From NCBI GenBank assembly GCA_963693365.1, contig CAVNZM010000001.1:20034125-20098124 (forward strand): DNA of 64,000 nt, written 5' to 3'. The notes under the pieces are model-generated. The model was not told the origin of the DNA. It ran no database searches and saw only the letters and a list, made by a program, of their open reading frames with translations. The DNA comes from Amoebidium appalachense (Eukaryota; Protista; Ichthyosporea). Shown one piece after another: positions 48,525 to 64,000 of this stretch. Position 1 is the first letter of the stretch. Each line of letters starts with the position of its first letter. A program made the translations under genes and the position numbers.

Positions 48525-49805
48525 GAGTTACCGTATGTACGACGACGTCACGGACGTACGTTCTCAAGGTGGCCTATGTTCTGGCGACGCAGTGGTGGTG
48601 GCAGGCCTACGGTGGTGTTGCTGGTGACGCGAGGGGCGGGCCGAGGCGGAGCGGGGAGAGGAGAAATGGCGGTGCGAGGCGAAGCGGGGAAAGGCAACGT
48701 GGCAGTGGCGGTCGAGGAGGGGCATCGTGAGGGGGGGGGGGGGGGGGGGGGGGGGGGTGGGGAGAGAAGGAGAGAAAGAGGGGTCTATTGCTAGAGAGAG
48801 AGTGTGTGTGATGGACGACATGTACAGGGAAAAAGGCTTTGGGGGAAGGGGGGGGGGGGGGGGGGGAGGGTTTAATGGTGGGGATAAAGTGTGTGTCATG
48901 ATTTTTGTTCACGCGTTATTCGATTTTTCTCTGTGTGTGTGCATGCATGTGCGGACGCGTGTGCGTGTTTGCGTGTGTGTGCGTGTGCGTGCGTGCCACA
49001 CACGTACACACGCACACATACGCGCGCGTGTGTGCGAGTTTCGAATTACGTGCCTTTTTTCACACCTTTCGAGTGCATGCGCGTGCCAAATTTGTACACG
49101 GGTACCGGTGCAGGTGGGCGAGGTGTGTATGTGCCTTACGATATTTGCATCGATTGCACTGTGATTGTACTTGGGCCTCCTTGCCCCAAGTTAATAATAG
49201 GCCCCTATTCGCATACATATGTTCTGCTCCTCCGAATTCGTACGTTTCTGTCATAGCACGACTTTGCTGTTCATAAGACCAGGAGGACATGCCCACCTGA
49301 GCTCATATGCCTGAGCCTCCGGATATCGATCCTGTTCTTAGGATACATCACATTGTACCAAAACACTACATTGTATGTCGTATCATGTGGCCTCCGTATG
49401 GCTATATTTCATAGTATATGCGTATTTACGTGTATGTGGCGGTGCTTCAACCGTACTTGCCCAATCACGCACGTGCACAGCTGCTTCGCCGCACGTGTTT
49501 CAATCAACGGTGTAAGTGCCCGGGGCTTGCACATGTTACCTTCCAAATAAAGCAATGTTTACTTGCCAAATCAAGCTAATGCTGACGCGGTGGACTGTGG
49601 ACACAGGCGTGTGGCACTTTTTAGGCCCGGACCTCCCAATGTTGGGGTCATGAACGGTGGCACAACTTGCCCTTTATTATAACAGGAGCTACTGCAGAAT
49701 GGGGGAGGTGTTCAGAGAGAGTTGGCTAGAGAAGGGCTGTTCATAAAGAAGGGGCTATTTGAAAGAACTTAAGTTTACTCCCATCCTTTCGTGCATGCTG
49801 TCGTC

Positions 49806-58425
<8,620 letters not shown>

Positions 58426-59455
58426 TTTTTTCTTGCGTATGGTACGTCTGTGATATATGTGCATGCTACTTGTCGATGTGAATAGTTGCCCCCCCCCCCC
58501 CCCCCCCCCCCCTCCCCCCCCTCCCCTTTCTTCTTGTTAAGCAAGGAAAGATTTCACATGTTTGGAGGTCTGGGTCAGCCATTATTGTTATCAGACCACC
58601 AAAGAGGATAGTTGATTGGTGTTGGCCATGGGAAAATCAGCCAAGTCAATATCTTTGATATCTTCTTACCTATGTTATTCTTGAATTGGATATGGGTGTG
58701 GTCATTTGTGCTCCGCGAAGGGAAGTTGTGGGCTCTGGAACAACCCTTCAGTTGCGGGCAGCTTTTGCTGGTAGACCACTTTTTCGATGCCATGGCCCCC
58801 TCGCCTCCCCCCCCCCCCCCCCCCCCCCCCCCTCCCCCCTCACCACACACACACTCGAGCTCAGCATCCCCACACCCCCCATCCCCCCCTCCCCCCTCCC
58901 CGCATTATTCGCATACGCACACACGCACGCATGCATGCACGCAGTCGCGCGCGCGCGCACACACACACACACACACACATCCCTCCTTCTCCTGGCCGCC
59001 TTTTATACTTGAAGTATTTTATTCTTTCTTTCTAGCTCACCTCATCTCATATTTTAACCGTTACCGTGCTTACTGTACTCTTGGAAATTGAGCGTATGAT
59101 TGACTCTATCAATCGGATTTGAACAGTTGTTGGTTGCTACCACGTCTTTTGCCGTTTTTTGATTTATGCGAATGTGATGGCATTTATATTTCAAAACAAA
59201 GGTCTGATGCCACGTGCGCGTTACGTGGTCCTCACATGTGTGGGACAGTGCTTGGTGAAAATAAATCTTCAGAATGGTGCACGTATCACTCGAAAGTAGG
59301 CAGTTAATTAAATATTATTATTTAACATGCAGATCATACCTATTTAGCTACTCGGTGCACTTGAAGGTTGGTTCGGAGTTCGATACCCTTGGTGTGTAGT
59401 TTGTACAGACAATCAGGAGTCAGGCCGGAGAGGGAAGGCCGGAGGAGGAGGGTAC

Positions 59456-59497
<42 letters not shown>

Positions 59498-59959
59498 CGG
59501 GGTGAGGAGGAGGAGGGGGGGGGGGGGGGGGGGGGGACCACGGCCACCCCACACTGCCAGTACCACAGGCTGATGATGCAGATATCTTCTATATCAGATA
59601 CTATGATCATCATACGGTAGTGCGAGTACCTAAACTTAGCAGTGGTTTACATGTGTTGAAGCTTACGAGTCCTTTTCACCTAAAACTCAGGCTACTAAGG
59701 TCATCTCCGAGTTCCCCCCCCCCCCCCCCCAAAAAAAAAAAAAAAAAAAACCCACCTCCCCCCGGGCCTGTCGGGGAGCCGGGACGGCCCGTCTAGATCT
59801 GGATCTACACCGGTCTCCGTTTGGGACAAAGCACGTACACACACTCGCACACCTTCGTACGTACATGCACACACATGTACCACAGAAGCACCAACGTGCA
59901 CAACCTGCACATGCACCTGCAGATACGACCGCTCACACTACACACGCACACTTTCTCCC

Positions 59960-59990
<31 letters not shown>

Positions 59991-60179
59991 ACTGACAAGA
60001 ACTGTCCATTCAATTTGCACGGTAAGCACGATAAATTTGCTCCCAAGAATTATGATATCGATATTGATTTGTAACGATTAACGTCCGACCGGATGCCGGA
60101 GAGAAAGAGGGCTTGGGCATTGCGCCTCCCGGGGAACCGGGGGGCTCGGGGTGGGGAGAGGGAGGGGGGGGGGGGGGGG

Positions 60180-60229
<50 letters not shown>

Positions 60230-61860
60230 GGGGGGGGGGCCGGGGCCGGGCCCTGCCCCGAGGGAGGAGGAGGAGGGCAACCCACAAACCAGGTGCACTG
60301 TCACGTGACTAGCCCCCCCCCCCCCCCCCCCCCCCCTCCGCCTCCCCACCCACCCACCCCCGTGACTCTCCCTCCCTCTCTGTACACACCTTCCCTCCGG
60401 ATCCCTCCCTCCCTCTCCCTGGCAGCCTGCATCATCGGATCATCACGAGTGTTTATTTATCTCTCATGTGACTGGTCAGAAATATGGATCTGCCAATCAT
60501 TTGTACGAACCTGAAAGGCATTATTTATTGGGCTTCCTATAGGATCAGCAACAGCCAATCGAAATGTGCTTGATCCAGGAAAAGAAAATATTTGCGCTGT
60601 AGCCCAATTCGCCGTGTTTTAAATGCAGATAATCGAGGAAGCTCTTATGCATAACGTAATTAAGTCTTATAAACTTCGTGTATTCTGATTTTCATTGCTG
60701 TACTTGCAACCCTGATGGTAAAAAAACGAAATCGCAACCGTTGTAAAGTTGTAAAAGAAACGTTATTGCACCACCGTGCCGTTTTCGTGTCTGTCGAGTT
60801 CTGAGTTTCCTGAAGCGAGACTGCCACTCCATAAAGCTAGTTCGTTGTAATAACTCTCTGTAAGGTATAATTAAGTTGCAGGCTTGCAGCTACTTTCTAA
60901 TCTCACTTACTTGTGGTTAAAGTGAACAAGCTGAATGTGTGCGTTGCATGAATAGGGGGAGCCAGAGACGAAATTAAGCATTATTATTAGCAACTGTAAA
61001 GAAACACGAGTAAGTTTCTTTGAGGAACCTGGACGCTCAGTATTTACACATGTAGAGGCTACATAGTGTTGGGCATATTTCTACTCCGCTCCTATCTTTT
61101 CGGCTTTGACCAGGCTGTCGGCTGTTGAGTGACGAGGCGTTCTTTTGTGCCTATTGGGATCTCCCCTTGTTCTCAGCACATTAATACCGGTATGGCATTT
61201 GCTTCTGCATCCACCCACTTACTTTCCCAAGTATAGTTCTTATCATCATATGTGCATGTATGATAAACACTCTGTGTTGACGGTTGTGACGGTTGATTTT
61301 TTTTCTCCACCGACCCTACCTACATGTGTATGAGCACCTGGCTTTTTTCTGGTAAACCACGGTGAGATGCAGCAGCTCTTAGCGTCTATGTGTCTGTTGC
61401 GACAGGGCTTGGTTGCCTCATTCGCCCTGAGCACCACCTACGTTCACTCTCGTCCGCGTGCTACATAACCCCTTACTTTTTCAAGCTGGCTCCTTTCCTT
61501 GGTGCCTGCGCACCAGCCCTTCTTCGACGAAGCCAGTGGCCGGCACCTGTTAGTTCTATTGTGCTCTCTCCCATCCCTTGCCCTCCTCACAGAGCTTTTG
61601 CACTCTGAGCGTGTTACCCCCGGTTTTTTCTGCTCGCATCTGTAAAGTAGAGCGTTGTCATATTTATGCACCGTTGTATCTCACACGGGGTTAGTCGTTT
61701 TGCTGTGCAATCCTTTTTGGTGGTCTGCTGCACAATTCGCAATGTCCTTTGTTGATGTGCCTTTGTTTCTCGTACACCTCTGGCTTGTGCTTCTTGCGTT
61801 TGCTGAAGGTCTACCATCCAACCCCTACTCTCCCCCCAAAAAAAACTGAAAACCAAATGA

Positions 61861-61861
<1 letters not shown>

Positions 61862-61901
<40 letters not shown>

Positions 61902-62471
61902 CCCCCCCCCCCCCCCCCTCCCCTCTCTTCTGTCTCTGTTCCTCTCTTCTCTCTCTCTCTCCCTCCTCCAACCCCCCCCCCCCCTCTTTCTCTTCCTCTC
62001 CTCTCCCTCCCTCCCTCTCTCACTCAATATCTCTCTCCCTCTCCACCCTTTCCCTCCCCCTCCCTTCTCTCTTCCTCTTCTGTCTCTTCTGTCTCTCAAC
62101 TTCTCTCTCTCTCTCTCTCTCTCTTGCTATTTCCCCCCCCCCCCCCCCCCCCCCTTGTCTCTCCCCCTCTCCCGTCCTGTTACCTTCTCTCTCTTCTTCT
62201 CTTCACACACTCTATGTCTCTCTCTCTCAACCTCTCTCTCTCTCTCTCCCTAGCCTCTCTCCCCCGTCCCCCCTCCCCCCTCCCCCCACCACGCGTTCTC
62301 GCTTCCCCCTCCCTCCCCCCCTTTCTCTTCTCCTCTTCTCTCTCTCTCTCTCTCTCTCTTCCTCTCCCCATCCCCCCCCCCCCCCCCCCCCCTTGTCTCT
62401 CTTTTCTCTCTCCTTCTCTCTCTCTCTCTCACTCTCTCTAACCCCCTCCCCCCCCCCCCCCCCCTCTCTCA

Positions 62472-62560
<89 letters not shown>
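61862..62560. repeat. (CT)n/poly-C low-complexity tract
   Basis: Directly visible. Confidence 0.95.
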
Positions 62561-62562
<2 letters not shown>

Positions 62563-63385
62563 GTCAATCTCTCTCTGTCTTTCCCTTCCCTCTTGCTTCC
62601 TCCCCCCTCAGCCCTCCCCTCAGCAACGCTGTGGGTTGGTCCTTGGTTTTCTTTCTTCTTGTGGCCAGTTGTATGGGGACTGGGTTCCTGTCACATGCTC
62701 CCATCTTCTTTGTCTATACCCACCCCCCTCCCCTCCCCCTCTCCCCGTAAAGATTTCTAACCCCCCTCTTCCTTCCACCTGCCCACCCACGCAGAGCTGT
62801 GAATCAATAGAAACAACAGCAATGAACATTTCATGCCCCTTGCATATCGCCTCCCTCACACCTTTCACTCGGCCCTCTAGCACCAACATGCTCACCACCC
62901 ACCACTCATCCATCCCCTCACTCACCCACTGCTCCCATTATCAACTCGCTCTCAGCTGTGTGTATGAGTAGGAGTGTGTGTTTGTGTGTGCGGGGGGGGG
63001 GGGGGGGGGGGGGGGGGGGTACGTGCACACACGTGCGCAGTCGTTTGTGTTTGCCTGATTGCCTCTCGACTCTGGTGCACCATTTTCTTTTTATTATGGT
63101 GCATTATTCCCATGACCTGTCTATCTCCCCCATACCCTCCTCCCCTTCCTCCTTTCTCGGTTTCACCCACCACGGTGTATTGTTGTTGACTTACTTTCTT
63201 CATGCTTTTGTGTATTACCGTCCCCCTGGGCGGGTCTTCATGACTTATTCAACCTCTCGGGGGGGAGGGAGGGGGGGGGGGCAATGCTAAGCCACTCAGT
63301 TACAGTATTGCTCACGTGCACCGACGATGTCTTTTTCAATGTAATTCTTTTCTGTCCCAACTGTGCGCCATTTCTACGCATTCTT

Positions 63386-63418
<33 letters not shown>

Positions 63419-63575
63419 GCTTTTCACCAGGTTCGGGTGCAGGTGGTTGGTGGTCTCGGTGTCACATTCATCGCACACACCACCCAGCACACATCAATAC
63501 AGCCGATCTAATTGCCCTACCCAGCAAGATCACAACTGGAAATTTCATGTTTTTTCGTCCACCACACACGCAACC

Positions 63576-63802
63576 ATGGGGTCGGAGCTGGATGTGTCTG
63601 AGGAGTACATGACGGTCAGCGGCAGGAAGATCAGGGTCATCCGCCAATCAGTGGAGTCTGCGGCCCTGCCAACCCTATTTTTGGTCCACAGTGCTGGTGC
63701 CAGAGCAGATGTGTGGAAGGAACTGATTCGCTATTACTATAAAAGGCTAGCCGTCGTGGCCCCTGATTTGCTGGGCCATGGCAAGAGCGAGTTTTCTGAC
63801 AG
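63576..63802 (+). CDS. Alpha/beta-fold hydrolase (ABHD8-like), first recognisable exon; continues beyond the window
   Basis: MGSELDVSEEYMTVSGRKIRV..PTLFLVHSAGARADVWKELI..VVAPDLLGHGKS, followed by donor GTGCGT. The frame is open back to ~63420, so upstream exons are possible. Confidence 0.82.
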
Positions 63803-64000
63803 GTGCGTGGTGTGCCGTGTCGTGGTATTGCCTTGTGTACGCTCATTGTGCTCACGTACAAGTGCATTGGAAGGGTCGGGGAGGGGGGCGGGTGTTTGGA
63901 GAGACGGGGGGGGGAGGGGGGGGGAAGGGGGGAAGGGGGAGGGTAAGAGAGAGGGAAACAATATTGCCCCAGGCCGTGTATACCTCTGAACATATGTACT

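Noticed and set aside
59340-60500. Possible small gene between ADCK2 and the hydrolase
   Set aside because: Mixed strand signals and no phase-consistent exon chain or recognisable motif.
61440-61815. Cys-rich minus-strand fragments (HCELC..PCEIQRC) resembling a transposase C-terminal zinc finger
   Set aside because: Broken across frames, with no catalytic domain or terminal repeats; too weak to call.

Overview
Eukaryotic, intron-rich genomic DNA. Introns are full of poly-C/G, (CA)n and (GA)n tracts, which makes most entries in the ORF track artefacts. The gene set and an animal-type tRNA-iMet primer site suggest a unicellular opisthokont, possibly an ichthyosporean-like holozoan (inference only). 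Gene models spliced by eye, in order: GH18 chitinase with a CBM5/12-like module (+, damaged); secreted Agd3/CE18-like deacetylase (+) with an intronic tRNA-Gly(GCC); a six-exon orphan ORF (-) that begins in the same exon as the stop codon of COA4 (-); frameshifted GT32 glycosyltransferase (+); SAP30BP (-); broken BTB/KCTD-type gene (+); broken fasciclin gene (-); ADCK2 (+); start of an alpha/beta hydrolase (+). Three observations stand out. (1) A 366-bp TRIM-like mini LTR element whose interior is mostly a full-length antisense copy of its tRNA-iMet primer, including CCA, and has a hairpin where a PPT would be expected. (2) A candidate bicistronic COA4/orphan transcript. (3) A 5'-truncated repeat family embedded in poly-C tracts. 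Exon coordinates were read by eye and homology calls are from memory of the families; no searches were run.
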